NCBI RefSeq assembly: GCF_001194135.2
Contig: NC_068981.1
Coordinates: 173,853,195-173,917,021, forward strand
Source of the DNA: Octopus bimaculoides
Lineage: Eukaryota
DNA: 63,827 nucleotides
Reading direction: 5' to 3'
The stretch's first letter is position 1; every line of letters starts with the position of its first letter. Below the pieces are notes generated by a model, which saw nothing but the letters and a program-made list of their open reading frames with translations, was not told the DNA's origin and did not search any database. A program made the translations under genes and the position numbers. Positions 13,450 to 26,060 of the stretch are shown here, piece by piece.

Positions 13450-13567
13450 GAATATCTGCATCAATGAAGACTGGTGAGCTTCCGCAAGCCTCTGCCATAG
13501 ACTCTATATCACGTAACATCCAGTAACCATGTGTTTTAGGATCATTACTTGGGGTCATCATTCTTGG
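13450..13567 (-). CDS. SURF1: SURF1 exon (PRMMTPSNDPKTHGYWMLRDIESMAEACGSSPVFIDADI)
   Basis: TTCTTGTAG acceptor, GTAAGT donor; matches the SURF1 W..RD..AMA...PIFIDA region. Confidence 0.94.
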
Positions 13568-13882
13568 CTACAAGAACATAAAAAAAAGAGAAAAATAATA
13601 TAAGTCAACCTAGTTTTTAATCTTCAGGGAAAGGGCAGACAGACATTATTATGCGGTTAATATGTACAATCATGATTATGGTTAAAAAGTTTTCTTTGCA
13701 ATCATATGCTTCTAGATTCAATTCCATTGCACAGTACCCTAGAACAGTGTCTTCTACCAAAAGCCATGGGTTGGTCAATGTCTTGTAATTGAGATTCAAT
13801 AGGCAGGAACTATATAGAAGCCATATATGTGTATATCTTTAAGTAAACCAATAAACTGGTGCTTGCAAACAAAAATTCCTTC

Positions 13883-14030
13883 AGCAAGCTGGCAGAATTG
13901 TTAGCATGGCAAGCGAAATGCTTAGCAGCATTTTATCTGTCTTTGTATTCTGAGTTCAAATTCCGCCAGGGCCGAGATAATTCATGAGCCTCCTACCCTG
14001 AAATTGCTGGCCTTGTGCCAAAATTTGGAA
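13883..14030 (+). mobile_element. tRNA-derived SINE of a second family, internally deleted
   Basis: GCTGGCAGAAT.GTTAGCA head and TTGCTGGCCTTGTGCCAAAA tail as at 21880 and 31224. Confidence 0.65.
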
Positions 14031-14729
14031 TTTAATATTTTCAATACCCTAATAACACAGACAATTCCTTATCATTTTTACCATCAAGAACCAGTAATCA
14101 ATCCCTTTGGAAACCGATAACTAATTATACTGTTATTCACGGAGTGCAATGAAAATTACAAAAACCACTGCTTGTCATGTATCTTAGATTTTAAACCTAA
14201 TTAAAAAATAATTATTGCTTTCTAGCATGGATCTCAAACACTAACATAGCTAGAGGTGTGCCGCCTGGGGTAGCCTTTCAGTTTGCTGCCCCCGGATGCC
14301 ACAAAAATCACACATTGCCTACAGCAGATCCAAAAGTAGTGCCCCTTTACAAGTACTGCCTGGGGCAAGGTGACTATTTTGAAGTAAATGATGTTAAATC
14401 TTAGGTAAATAAGTTATTTTTTATTAAACACAACTAGTCTATGCCAGTGGGTGTAACCAGCCCATTTATGAATACCTCTCATTCATTGGACAATAAACTT
14501 TGCTTGTGAAGATCTATTGAGGCAAATGAAATCAAAATCGGTGACGTGGCCGATGATAGTACCACCTGATTGGCACTCGTGCCAGTGGAACGTTATTGCT
14601 ACCACTTAGACCAGACAGTTTGAAGTCTACATCGGTTCATCCATTTAATACAAACTACTTATATAATTTCAGTAGCTGTTTTTTCCAGTTTTAACAGAAG
14701 CAATGCGTGGACCATGTGGGCAGTCATAT

Positions 14730-15172
14730 GTACCCCAGGAAAGGGGGTCTTCTGCTCCCAGGGGCCCCATTACTCATTATGTGAAAAATTTTAGGAGTCT
14801 AAAACCATCTCTGGAACACAAGTAATGTGTTCCCAGTTTGGAGAAAATCAGTTGCAAACTTCAGAAGTTCTGTGGGTTTACACACACACATCCTCAGTTT
14901 TATATCTATAAAGAGGTAGAGAAATTAACATTAGTATGTCATCAAGAGTAATGTCCCTTTAACCAATGAAGCTACCAAGTTACATGATCATTTGTATTGT
15001 TTACCCAGGAAAGAGGGTTTTCTGCCCCCAGGGGCAGAATTTCCAGTATCTAAAACCATCTCTGGAACATAAGTAATGTATGTCCCCAGTCTCGAGAAAA
15101 TCAGTTGCAAACTTCATAAGTTTTACAGGTTTACACACACACACACACATCCATCCCCAGTTTTATATATAT
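14730..15172 (+). repeat. Two tandem ~180-bp copies of a helitron-like non-autonomous 3' end
   Basis: CCCAGGAAAG...CTAAAACCATCTCTGGAACA...GAGAAAATCAGTTGCAAACTTCA...(CA)n...CAGTTTTATAT occurs at ~14730 and ~15000; class assignment from recalled similarity only. Confidence 0.5.
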
Positions 15173-15209
15173 TATGACATATTTCAACATACAAACAAGT
15201 TTTACTTAC

Positions 15210-15257
15210 AGGGTCAGTGCGACGTACTACACCAACTATTTCTACCTCATCTTCGAT
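15210..15257 (-). CDS. SURF1: SURF1 48-nt exon (IEDEVEIVGVVRRTDP)
   Basis: TTCATTTCAG acceptor, GTAAGT donor, phase 0/0; equivalent to human IEGEVDLIGMVRLTET. Confidence 0.93.
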
Positions 15258-16444
15258 CTGAAATGAATTAATTTTATTACAAGATAATGTCATGTAACAT
15301 TAAACAAGAAATGAGGTAGTTGTTTAAGCTCAGGTCAACATTCATTAATGTGTTATGAAAATAACGAATAAACAATTCAGCAATGATTGGATAACAAGTG
15401 AGGAAATAATTTTATATTGCTATGAAATAAAAATTTTATAACTGATACAGAACCAAAATAGAAACCAATTTTCCATGTATGCTGTGTGCACATGCACAAA
15501 TTTTACAACTGGTGCACAAAGAGAAAGAATATGGGCACCCAGGGTTTTCAAGATGAAAAATGTATTTTTTAATTGAAAGAATTCATCATGTAATTTCATA
15601 ATAAAATCTTTAAGATAAAGTGCATTTGCTTAGGTGATCAATATGATATTGAAATAATGGCTATTTGTATGAATGAGCACATACTTCACAAAAAAACCCC
15701 CAAAATTCGCACCAACAAATTTCTATACACACACACACACACACAGCAAAAAGTTAGAGGGAACAATGGTGGAAAATTTTTTAAAGCTGTACATATAACA
15801 CTTGCTGGTAACCCAATCAATAAGCCCAGCATTAACATCAGCTCAATGTGGCAACCTTTTCTCAATGATTAATTTAAATACACTAAAATTGTAACTTTAA
15901 TTGTACATGCATCACGGACTAGTGAATAAGAGCAAGTGGTATTACCCTTATTTCTAAAAATAAAACTTCCTAGTACTGGTATTTATGTACACATTCAGAA
16001 ATAAGACACATTGAAAGATTAATGATCAAAACTTAAAGTACATGATAATATATTTTTAATCACTAAGATCAGGCTAATCATCTGAAAAATTATAATCTTA
16101 TTAGCTTGTCTTAGACATTTAGATATTTATTCAGTTTTGCTTTTACCAACAGTAAAATTTAAATGCAGGCTTGAACAACAACAAGGTGATTTATAGTTTA
16201 AAAAATGACATAACAGAACAAATTAGATGGAAATATTAAGATTGCTTGTTATCATTAAGTTTGTCTTTTGAAAATCTTGTTTGAAATATCAGACAAACTA
16301 TCAGAATATTTAAAAAAAGACTCAACTATTTGATCCAAGAAGCAATCAATACATCAGTTTTATCCTTTCCACTCAACAGAATACCTAATTCCATATAACC
16401 CTCACATTCATCAGTTATAAAAGCAAGATAACAGTTTATTTTAA

Positions 16445-16658
16445 CCTTTTAGTATTCAGATTACTGTCAAATGTCATGCTTATTAACATTCTTTTGAATT
16501 AATTACGCATTATGTCATAGCTTTGAGATTTCAATGATGTGATTATTTATTTTCAGAATGACATTGTAGGGTAGGTATGAGAGACCAGATCTGGCCAGTT
16601 TCAACATAAAACAGCAAGAAAATATTGCCTGGATATGGTTGATTTAAATGCTAAAGGG
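16445..16658 (+). mobile_element. piggyBac-type MITE with TTAA at both ends
   Basis: TTAA|CCTTTTAGTAT ... ATGCTAAAGGG|TTAA. Confidence 0.8.
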
Positions 16659-17101
16659 TTAAACTCCCTTGATATTTATGGAATGAGACGACTGGGTGCA
16701 ATTGTTTGGATGCTGACAATTTGGCATGATTGACTGGACATTGAACCTGTTTTGGTGGTGGCTATTTTTGGCACTGGAGACAAACACAAGCTCACACCCA
16801 CATGCATAAATATACATACACTGACAGAGAGTGGGAGATAGAGAGACATTACAATTTAATTCTATTCAACCCAATTAACATAAACACCTCCCTTCTCCTC
16901 ACATACACGAAATGGAGAGAGAGAGGTGTTTGTAAAAAGAGGGGGTCACACCATACATCTTGATGTTTCTCTCTGATTTTTCTGCTCACAGTGACAAAAT
17001 CTCAATCCCTTCTCAGTTCTACTTTGTCCAAGATGTACAGGAATTCCGTGTGAGAAATTCACCCTTTTCTACATTTCATCTATATTTCACCAACCATTAT
17101 G

Positions 17102-17483
17102 TACTCTTTACTTGTTTCAGTCATTTGACTGCGGCCATGCTGGAGCACCGCCTTTAGTCGAGCAAATCGACCCCAGGACTTATTCTTTGAAAGTCTAGTA
17201 CTTATTCTATCGGTCTCTTTTTACCAAACCGCTAAGTTACGGGGACGTAAACACACCAGCATCGGTTGTCAAGCGATGGTGGGGGGACACAGACACACAA
17301 ACACACATACATACATATATATATATACATATATACGATGGGCTTCTTTCAGTTTCCGTCTACCAAATCCACTCACAAGGCTTTGGTCGGCCTGAGGATA
17401 TAGTAGGTGCCAGGCAGTGGAACTGAACCCAGAACCATGTGGTTGGTAAACAAGCTACTTACCACACAGCCACTCCTGCGCCT
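17102..17483 (-). mobile_element. Near full-length tRNA/CORE-like SINE (young, CpG-retaining)
   Basis: AGGCGCAGGAGTGGCTGTGTGGTAAG head, CA/TA microsatellite linker, 3' ...TGACTGAAACAAGTAAAGAG. Confidence 0.85.
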
Positions 17484-17772
17484 ATGTACATAAAGTGAAG
17501 CAGAAAGTTAAATGAAGTTTAGTAGTTGTGATTGTAAAATAGTTGTCAACTAGAAGAAAAGCAAAATTTTCCCAGTGCCAAATGGTTCTGGGTACAAAAT
17601 GTCTGAAGTCAAATAAGTCAGTTTTGAATCACTAATGCCAAATAGGTAGGACCAAAACAGCTGTGTCAAAGTGTCTCCTATCTTGATATTTAACAACTCC
17701 TATTTTTTAACAAGGAATTTTGTATTGACTTTTCCAATAATCATTGAAAATTTCACTAAATTTACACATTAC

Positions 17773-17845
17773 CTGCCCTTTTGGTCTGGTTGCAGGAGAT
17801 TTCTTTTTCATAGGTATCCAGCCTCTATTCACCATAATAATCATA
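17773..17845 (-). CDS. SURF1: SURF1 exon (MIIMVNRGWIPMKKKSPATRPKGQ)
   Basis: Poly-T CAG acceptor, GTAATG donor; VNRGW.P signature. Confidence 0.96.
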
Positions 17846-18030
17846 CTGAAAAAAAAAATTGACAGTAAAAACAAACTAAAATATATATAAATGTAAGATA
17901 GGAACGTAAAGTAACAGCTGTTGAATTAATTTCCTTGCATATTAACTCATAATCAAAAGGAATTTTTTTTCTTTACGGAAATAAACTGTATTTTCATGCT
18001 TGACATCAACTCTGAAAAAGTCAACAATAT

Positions 18031-18330
18031 CGTGATGGCACCTGTGCCCAGCGTCGCCTTTCTGGCACTTGTGCCCGTGGCATGTGTAAGGACTTTTGAG
18101 CGAGATCGTTGCCAGTGCCGCTGGACTGGCTCTTGTGCAGGTGGCACGTAAAATACACCATTTCGAGCGTGGCCGTTGCCAGTACCGCCTGACTGGCCTT
18201 CGTGCTGGTGGCACATAAAAGCACCCACTACACTCTCGGAGTGGTTGGCGTTAGGAAGGGCATCCAGCTGTAGAAACTCTGCCAAATCAGATTGGAGCCT
18301 GGTGTAGCCATCTGGTTTCACCAGTCCTCA
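18031..18330 (+). mobile_element. RTE 3' UTR copy truncated by an assembly gap
   Basis: Same family as 2010-2298, opposite orientation; N run 18331-19107 follows. Confidence 0.8.
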
Positions 18331-19144
18331 NNNNNNNNNNNNNNNNNNNNNNNNNNNNNNNNNNNNNNNNNNNNNNNNNNNNNNNNNNNNNNNNNNNNNN
18401 NNNNNNNNNNNNNNNNNNNNNNNNNNNNNNNNNNNNNNNNNNNNNNNNNNNNNNNNNNNNNNNNNNNNNNNNNNNNNNNNNNNNNNNNNNNNNNNNNNNN
18501 NNNNNNNNNNNNNNNNNNNNNNNNNNNNNNNNNNNNNNNNNNNNNNNNNNNNNNNNNNNNNNNNNNNNNNNNNNNNNNNNNNNNNNNNNNNNNNNNNNNN
18601 NNNNNNNNNNNNNNNNNNNNNNNNNNNNNNNNNNNNNNNNNNNNNNNNNNNNNNNNNNNNNNNNNNNNNNNNNNNNNNNNNNNNNNNNNNNNNNNNNNNN
18701 NNNNNNNNNNNNNNNNNNNNNNNNNNNNNNNNNNNNNNNNNNNNNNNNNNNNNNNNNNNNNNNNNNNNNNNNNNNNNNNNNNNNNNNNNNNNNNNNNNNN
18801 NNNNNNNNNNNNNNNNNNNNNNNNNNNNNNNNNNNNNNNNNNNNNNNNNNNNNNNNNNNNNNNNNNNNNNNNNNNNNNNNNNNNNNNNNNNNNNNNNNNN
18901 NNNNNNNNNNNNNNNNNNNNNNNNNNNNNNNNNNNNNNNNNNNNNNNNNNNNNNNNNNNNNNNNNNNNNNNNNNNNNNNNNNNNNNNNNNNNNNNNNNNN
19001 NNNNNNNNNNNNNNNNNNNNNNNNNNNNNNNNNNNNNNNNNNNNNNNNNNNNNNNNNNNNNNNNNNNNNNNNNNNNNNNNNNNNNNNNNNNNNNNNNNNN
19101 NNNNNNNATTATTAATCATATTGTATCTTTTTCATGAACAATAG

Positions 19145-20250
19145 CATCCTCATCATCGTTTAACGTCCATTTTCCATGCTGGCATGGGTTGGACGGTTTG
19201 ACTGAGATCTGGAGAGCCAGCAGCTGCACCAGACTCCAATCTGATCTGGCAATGTTTCTACAACTGGATGCCCTTCCTAATGCCAACCACTCCGAGAGTG
19301 TAATGGGTGCTTTTTATGTGCCACCAGCACAAGAGCCAGTCAGGTGGGCTTGGCATCAATCACGCTTGGATAGTGCTTTTTACATGCCACTGGCATGGGG
19401 CCAATCAAGAGGTACTGGCATCATCCACGTTTGGTTGGTAATTTTTATGTGCCACCGGCACAAGAGCCAGTTAGTGGGTACTGGCATCTGCCATGTTTGG
19501 ATGTGGTTTTTTATGTGCCACTAGCATGGGAGCCAGTCAGGTGGATCTCACACTGACAGCATTCGGATGGTGCTTTTTTACATGCCACCAGCATGGGAGC
19601 CAGTCAGCGGGCACTGGCCACAGCTACGATATTGGTTTTACTTGACTCAACAGGTCTTCTCAAGCATGTCATATTGCACAACACATCAGGGGTACTCTTA
19701 ACTGGGCTGGACATGCATGGCTGCAATCTCACTTTAGTTGCCGGGTCTTCTCGATCACAGCATATCTCCAAAGGTCTCGGTCTCCTGTCACTGCCTATGT
19801 GCAGCCTAATGTTCGAAGATCATGCTTCACCACCTCATCCCCTGTCTTCCTGGGCCTACCTCTTCCACAGGTTCCTTTCATAGTTAGGGAGTGATACTTC
19901 CTCACACAGCTGTCCTCATCCATATGTAACACATGACCATACCAGCACAGACACCTCTCTTGCACACCACACTTGATGCTTCTTATGCCTAACTTTTCTC
20001 TCAGGGCACTTATACTCTGTTGTGTACACACACTGACATTACACATCCAGTGGATCATACTAGCTTCATTTCTTTCAAGCCTACACATGTCCTTAGCAGT
20101 CATGGCCCATGTTTCACTGTTGTGTAGCATGGCAGTTCACACACATGCATCATACAGTCTACCTTTCATCCTGAATGAGAGGCCCTTAGTTCCTAGCAGA
20201 GGTAGGAACTCCCTGAACTTTGCCCAGGCTATTCTTATACTAGCCACTAC
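19145..20250 (-). mobile_element. 5'-truncated RTE LINE: ORF C-terminus plus 3' UTR and (GAT)n tail
   Basis: LHNSETWA...WYGHVLHMDEDSCVRK...GRGRPRKT (ORF 19795-20130) followed by a UTR with five ~65-bp repeats. Confidence 0.9.
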
Positions 20251-20439
20251 ACAAGGCTTCAATGAAATTTTTGCTGTTTACTATTATAAGACATATACTG
20301 ATTTGTCCAGGGGCCTATAATGCTACTAAGGAAACTCTGCTTTAACTACACAAAAAGTTATATGCATGGACAATACTTAATATAGGAATATTGTAATAAA
20401 AAATAAGTTCAAATTCTATATTTATGAGATGAGGAATTT

Positions 20440-20580
20440 GAAGGGCATCCAGCTGTAGAAACTCTGCCAAATTAGATTGGAGCCTGGTGTAGCCATCCGG
20501 TTGCACCAGTCCTCAGTCAAATCGTCCAACCCATGCTAGCATGGAAAGCGGACGTTAAACGATGATGATGATGATGATGA
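20440..20580 (+). mobile_element. (GAT)n-tailed RTE 3' end
   Basis: ...GGAAAGCGGACGTTAAAC(GAT)7. Confidence 0.85.
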
Positions 20581-20726
20581 TTGTTTATATTAGTCAGACT
20601 TGATTGTTGCAGAGATGAATACAATATGGGAGCAAATAATTAAGAAAGAAAAGCACAAATTGCCACAGTAGATTACATAGACATTAGGTTTATAAGTCTC
20701 AAAAATTCACTCTGTCACTGCCTACA

Positions 20727-20960
20727 GGCATAGCATAGTAGATAAAGATGTTGGTTAATGCAATGCAGTCACCTAGAGGTTCTGAGTTCAATCCCAGGCA
20801 AGGCACTATGGTAGTTCATGAAATGCAGAGAACATTAACCCCTGTGGATCAAATAAAGGATTAGGGTTGAAATTCTGATATAATACAAGACATCTGAAGA
20901 AAGCTGGAGTGCACAACAACTGAAACATACTGAAAGCAAAAATCAAGATGAGGACACCAT
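20727..20960 (+). mobile_element. Old decayed relative of the tRNA-hammerhead element
   Basis: tRNA-like head with GTTCAATCC B box, then CAAGACAT-CTGAAGA-AAGCTG...CAACT-GAAA-CA and CAAGATGAGGACA as in the 8260-8412 arm. Confidence 0.5.
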
Positions 20961-21592
20961 TCTGACTAATATGAACAGTATACATAATAACAAAATGTGT
21001 ACTAATTAAAAGAACATTTTTAACTCATTTTCTGTGTTATAAAATTGACTTCAAGTAACTGCAACCAAGGAGTGTTTCACAATGTCTGGCATACATTGTG
21101 AGACATATCTAATTCATGGTTATATGTAGCACTTGTGCTGGTGCCCTGTTAAAAGCACCTAGAACACACTATGGAGTGGTTGGTGTTAAGAAAAGAAAAA
21201 ACCATGCCAGAACAGACAATGGAGTCAGGTGCAGCCCCTGAACTTACCAGCTCCAGTAAAACTGCCCAATCCATGCCAGCATGGAAAATAGACATTAAAT
21301 GATGATGATGATGAGTATTGACACCAAAATTGCAAAAATTTTCACAAGTCCATCATTTAGAAACCGAGAGAATCTTCTGAATTTAACACAATATAAAACA
21401 GATTTATGCTTTTTATGTCAGTAGTAGCATTCTAGAGAGTTGTAGATGTATTCTGGCAGTTGGGGACTGTGTGGGCAGGAGCTTGCAGTGACATCAGGCT
21501 GTGCCTCTAGTATGTTCAGGTGATCTTAAGTAGTTTTGCTTCAAAAGCAAACAAAATCCCTTTCAGATAATGAAGCAAAGTGAATAACTTAC

Positions 21593-21781
21593 TCTCTGTC
21601 TGACAGTTTGAATGGAGTTATGATGTTCATGCCAACTTTTTTAGAAGCATCATGAGTCAATAGTTTATGATCAGAATCCTCAATAAAGTTGGAGCGAGGT
21701 GCTATTGCAAATTCATCTTTGTGTATGAATCTTCCTTTCACTCTGATTCTGCAGTATTCAAGATCTTCAAGTTCTTCAAGA
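21593..21781 (-). CDS. SURF1: SURF1 exon (LEELEDLEYCRIRVKGRFIHKDEFAIAPRS...VGMNIITPFKLSDR)
   Basis: Poly-T CCTTTTAG acceptor, GTAAGT donor; LEY..V.G.F.H and TPF motifs. Confidence 0.95.
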
Positions 21782-21879
21782 CTAAAAGGAAAAAAAAAAA
21801 TATATTATTACAATGAAGTAACAAAGTGAAAAGTTAAGAGACAATAAGTGGAAAACTTGGAAAACTAACAATTTTTAAA

Positions 21880-22335
21880 GTGGTGAACTGGCAGAATCAT
21901 TAGCATGCCAGGCAAAATGCTTAGCGACATTTCATCCACCTTCACATTCTGAGTTCAAATTCTGCCAAGGTCAACTTTGCTTTTCATCCTTTTGGGGTCA
22001 ATAAAGTAAGTACCAGTCAAGCACTGGGGTTGATAAAAATCGACTAACCCACTCCACTGAACTTGCTGGCCTTGTGCCAAACTTTGAAACTAATATTATT
22101 AACATGCCTCAAAGAAACGAGCTGGCAGAAGCATTAGAATATTGGATAAAATGCCTAGCAGTATTTCTACTAACTTGTTACATTCTGAGTTCAAATTCTG
22201 CTAGGGTCAATCTTGCCTTTCATCCCTCCATGGTTGATAAAATGAAGTACCATTCAAGTAATAGGATCAATGGTAATGATTAATGCCCTCCCCTCAGAAT
22301 TGCTGGCTTTGGCCAAAAATATGTGAAACCATTAT
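21880..22335 (+). mobile_element. Two adjacent copies of the second tRNA-SINE family (Meta/Sauria-like central domain)
   Basis: Both contain GGTCAA.TTTGC.TTTCATCC...GTCAATAAA.TAAGTACC and a TTGCTGGC.TT.TGCCAAA tail; domain name from recalled similarity. Confidence 0.7.
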
Positions 22336-22764
22336 CATTCTGTGCTTTTATAGAACACTTTCTCACATTGATACATATTGATATTACCTCAAGTATCATC
22401 ACTCTCTTCCTCCTTTCAATCATTAGTATATCTGTAACACAAGCTCCATTTATCTGCTTTGATTTTGTTATTTATTCTGTATTTTTTATGTAGTAGAAGC
22501 CAAGAAGCCAGGGTGGTGGATAACCAGCTGAGAGGTTAGTAGTTTGTATCCAGTCACCAGCACTGTGGTGTGTCCATAGACAGGGTAAATGGCCAACATA
22601 GTACAGAGTAGGAACAACTCTAGCACTGTTATTGTTCTAGTCATTATGTAACCCTGGTCACACCCTAGTCAAGCAGACTTATGCCATATATATAGTTAGT
22701 TGGACAGCTGCAATGTGATATCTAACAATCCAGAGCTTATGCATAGTAGAGGACCATATAGGTA

Positions 22765-23380
22765 TAGACATGGCTTTGTAGTTGAGAAGTTTGCTTTGAG
22801 AAAATATGGTGATGATAAGGAAATGACAACTACATGTGCAGCATCTTGGGAAGGTGTCTTATACTAATAACTGCCTTGTGAGTGAATTTGGTAGATGGAA
22901 AGTGTGAGGAAGCTTACTGAAAATGTATGTATGTATGTGTGTGTATAGGTGTATGTGTGTCTTTGTGTTTGAAAACCAATGCTGGTTTCTCTATACCCCA
23001 GTAACTTAGCTGTTTAGTAAAAAGAGACCAAGAGGATATGTAGTTCATCCACAATAATCCATAAAGAGCATAGGGCCGGTTTCCTGGTTTCTTTAGTGTA
23101 CATATATATATATCCCTCTGTGGACGCGATACTGGTCCATCACAAGATTACTTATTTTTACCAACTGAGTGGACTCGAGCAATATAAAATGAAGTGTTTT
23201 GCTCAAGAACAATATTACAACCATTAGACCAACACCCTAACCACTAAGCCATGCACCTCCACAACAGAATGCATACCAGACTTAAAATAAGTACTGGTGT
23301 CAATTTGTTTGACTAAACCCTTCAAGAAGGTAACCCATCATGGCCACAGTCCAATGACAAACAAATAAAAGAGTAAAAGG
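22765..23380. mobile_element. CORE-like SINE (+) interrupted by a V-SINE-like element (-) at ~23060-23262
   Basis: Host head and tail are split; the insert has TTGAGCAAAACACTTCAT and CCACTCAG motifs and its own tRNA-like head on the minus strand. Confidence 0.55.
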
Positions 23381-24015
23381 AAGAATATAGCAATTTGTCA
23401 TGTGAGCATACTGCATTTATCATGTGAGCATACTGGTAGCTAGAATGACACATGAAGGGTATTTTGTTGATTCTGCAGCTATCCTAAATTGCGTGAAGTT
23501 TGGAGTGAGTGGGGGTGTAGTTGGGCGTAGTTGTCTGATCCAAGTTGGGAATAGAATGTAGAGGTAAGATGTATATTTCTAAAACAAGTGTTTCTAGAAT
23601 ATTTTAGTATACATTTATGAGGGCAATGGCCAGAACCATCACCCATCAAAGCACATGTTTCTGATTAAAGGCTACATATAATGGCTAGTGTGCAAGAGCT
23701 ATTACTTGTTTAAATCATCTTGTAGCAGAGTGATTCATTATCAAGTGGATATCTTATGAAACTGCAATGGTCAAATTAAAAAAAACAAATTGCATCCAAA
23801 ACCATTTTTCTTGCTTACTCCTACCTTGTATACTCTCAACACCCAACTCTCAAAAGAGAGGGCTACACTTTTCCACTATCAGCTTTTTTGTAGTACGCAC
23901 GCACTTATCATTTAACTTCATGATGCACATCTAATCAGCCATATCAACTCATTCTTCCTTATTCCCAGTTACAAAATGAGTGAAAATGAAATGTGAAGCA
24001 TAAGAGCTCCCTTAC

Positions 24016-24137
24016 TTTTCAGGTAGAGGAATAGGGTCTGCCATAGTGCGATCCTCAAGCATCTTAATTAAATTAAGTTTCCATTCGCGACGACGAATTT
24101 GCCATGTCCCAAGGCCAAAAGTTGTTATGGGGATTAT
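24016..24137 (-). CDS. SURF1: SURF1 exon ([40 protein letters not shown])
   Basis: TTTTTCCAG acceptor, GTAAGG donor; FGLGTWQ..R..WK signature after TM1. Confidence 0.97.
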
Positions 24138-25412
24138 CTGGAAAAATAAAGAAGTATAAAACAATACAACTGTAATTGTTTGGATTATTTACTCTATTTT
24201 TAGTGGTATATATGACTGGCTTGATGCTGAATAGTTGTGAAAACTTAGGCAATAAATACAGCAACTAAAAACAAATTATGCTGTGTAACACAATTTTTGT
24301 CCTTGAATAGCAACTGTTATTTCCAATTTGCTTACTCCTGGAAAGTATGAAAAGCAGTTATTTCCTTCAAACTTTTCTTTTGTTTAATTTATTCAAACCC
24401 CAAAGAATCCTTCTCAACACATGGCGACGATGCTCCCCAACAGCTCCTACTCATGATCAGAGATGCACATACTGTCAGCCACTAAGGGACATGCTCAACT
24501 GGTTATGGTCAAGCAACTGACAAGCAAATCTTTGGTATTGATCAGAATATTTGTTATGATGATATTTCTGCTTCAGCAATTCAATACTGAATCTGTCTGA
24601 AATGTAATGGAAAATTGGCCAGTTTCAAAACATTGGTGTCCAGGTCACAAAAGCAAAGTTTGAAGGGAACAGTAGTCATTTCCTTTGATTTCTAGATAGA
24701 AGCAAGTAGGAAATAACACTTACTGACCAAAGTCAAAAAAAAATGTTACACAATGTTGAAACAACATTGTACATTGGATGCACCATGTTAACTCCATACA
24801 GCTACAATATGAACATATACTGTGAATGAGTGGTATATGTTAGGTTGCAAGAATGCTATGGATTGTAACCATGCTTGAGACAAATGAAGGAACTCCAGGA
24901 AAAGGCTTTGAGTTAATAGCTAAGCAGAGTTGATTGGTATTTTCTGGGTGTGTGTGTGTAGAGAGAGAGAGAGCCTAGTCTTTGAAATGCAGTTTCAGTA
25001 ATGTTATTTATATGAGTGAGGTTGTTATAAAATATAATCAGGGACTGGGAGGCCCAGTTTTTGCAGCAACTTTGTAAGTCATGCATTTGGAGAAAGGGTA
25101 TGATATAACTGTTCCCATCATATACACAATGTGTGTGACTTACTGCTGATGAAAGAAACTAGGCCATGATGTCCTGCAAGCTTTTCTTTGATAGTATATC
25201 AGTTTATCAGAGGTAACATAGGTCCCAGATGATCTTAAGCTTAATCCTGACAGTTTGGTGAAGTGGAGAATCTAGACTTAACTGTATTGTGCAAATGAAC
25301 AATGAGAAGGCCCCCATGAATTTCAAACCAGACCCTATGATTTTAAGGTCTGATAATTAATCCATTCAACTATTTTACTGCTATAATAGAATACAAAATA
25401 AAAAGTTCTTAC

Positions 25413-25529
25413 CAAGAGTACATATCCTGAAGGACCTGATTTCTTTTTGGATACATATGGTTTGAGGCGAGGAACTTGTGAAGAAAACTGCTTCAGTGAT
25501 AAACTCTTCAGAACAGAACATCTTTTGGG
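25413..25529 (-). CDS. SURF1: SURF1 presequence-region exon (PKRCSVLKSLSLKQFSSQVPRLKPYVSKKKSGPSGYVLL)
   Basis: TTATTTAG acceptor, GTAAGA donor, phase 0/0, open; basic Ser-rich sequence leading into TM1. Confidence 0.8.
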
Positions 25530-25611
25530 CTAAATAATAAATAAAGTTTTTTTTTAAGGAGATGTACAAAAACAATTGCAGCGTGGAACGTGTTTATAAG
25601 CCATTTAAAAA

Positions 25612-25851
25612 CACAAAAACAGTTAGATTCACTTCAACATTTAAATTTAATTTGTCAAAATATTTTCATCGCTTTGAAATTACAACCTGTTCACTGACAA
25701 AATTCCGTGCTGCATCTTGGAATTTTGTCAGTGAACAGGTCACAGTTTCAAAGCACAGAATTTTGTCAGTGAACAGGTAGCGGTTTCAAAGTGACAAAGA
25801 TATTTTGACAAATTGAATTTAAATGTTGAAGTGAATCTAATGGTTTTTGTG
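25612..25851. mobile_element. Palindromic MITE-like element with internal direct duplication
   Basis: ~50-bp inverted ends (CACAAAAAC.GTTAGATTCACTTCAACATTTAAATT...); AATTTTGTCAGTGAACAGGT present twice; no TSD seen. Confidence 0.65.
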
Positions 25852-26060
25852 AGTTTTTTTCAATAAATAAAGTGTTAAGTGTTAAAATATTTTGATAAAA
25901 GGTTCATATAAACAGAAGCACACACGTGTGTGTGTGTGTGTGTGTGTGTGTATGTTCTACAGGTTTGGCAATGCAAACAGGAAAAATAGAACTCAAAACA
26001 CAAGTGCATATATATATNNNNNNNNNNNNNNNNTATATATATATATATATATATATAGAT

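Noticed and set aside
18292-19137. Long ORFs spanning N runs (also 40741-41957 and 43879-44328)
   Set aside because: They are open only because N translates as X.
19300-19640. CRISPR-like repeat-spacer array
   Set aside because: Eukaryotic context; the whole unit is homologous rather than having unique spacers, it lies in a LINE 3' UTR, and there are no cas genes.
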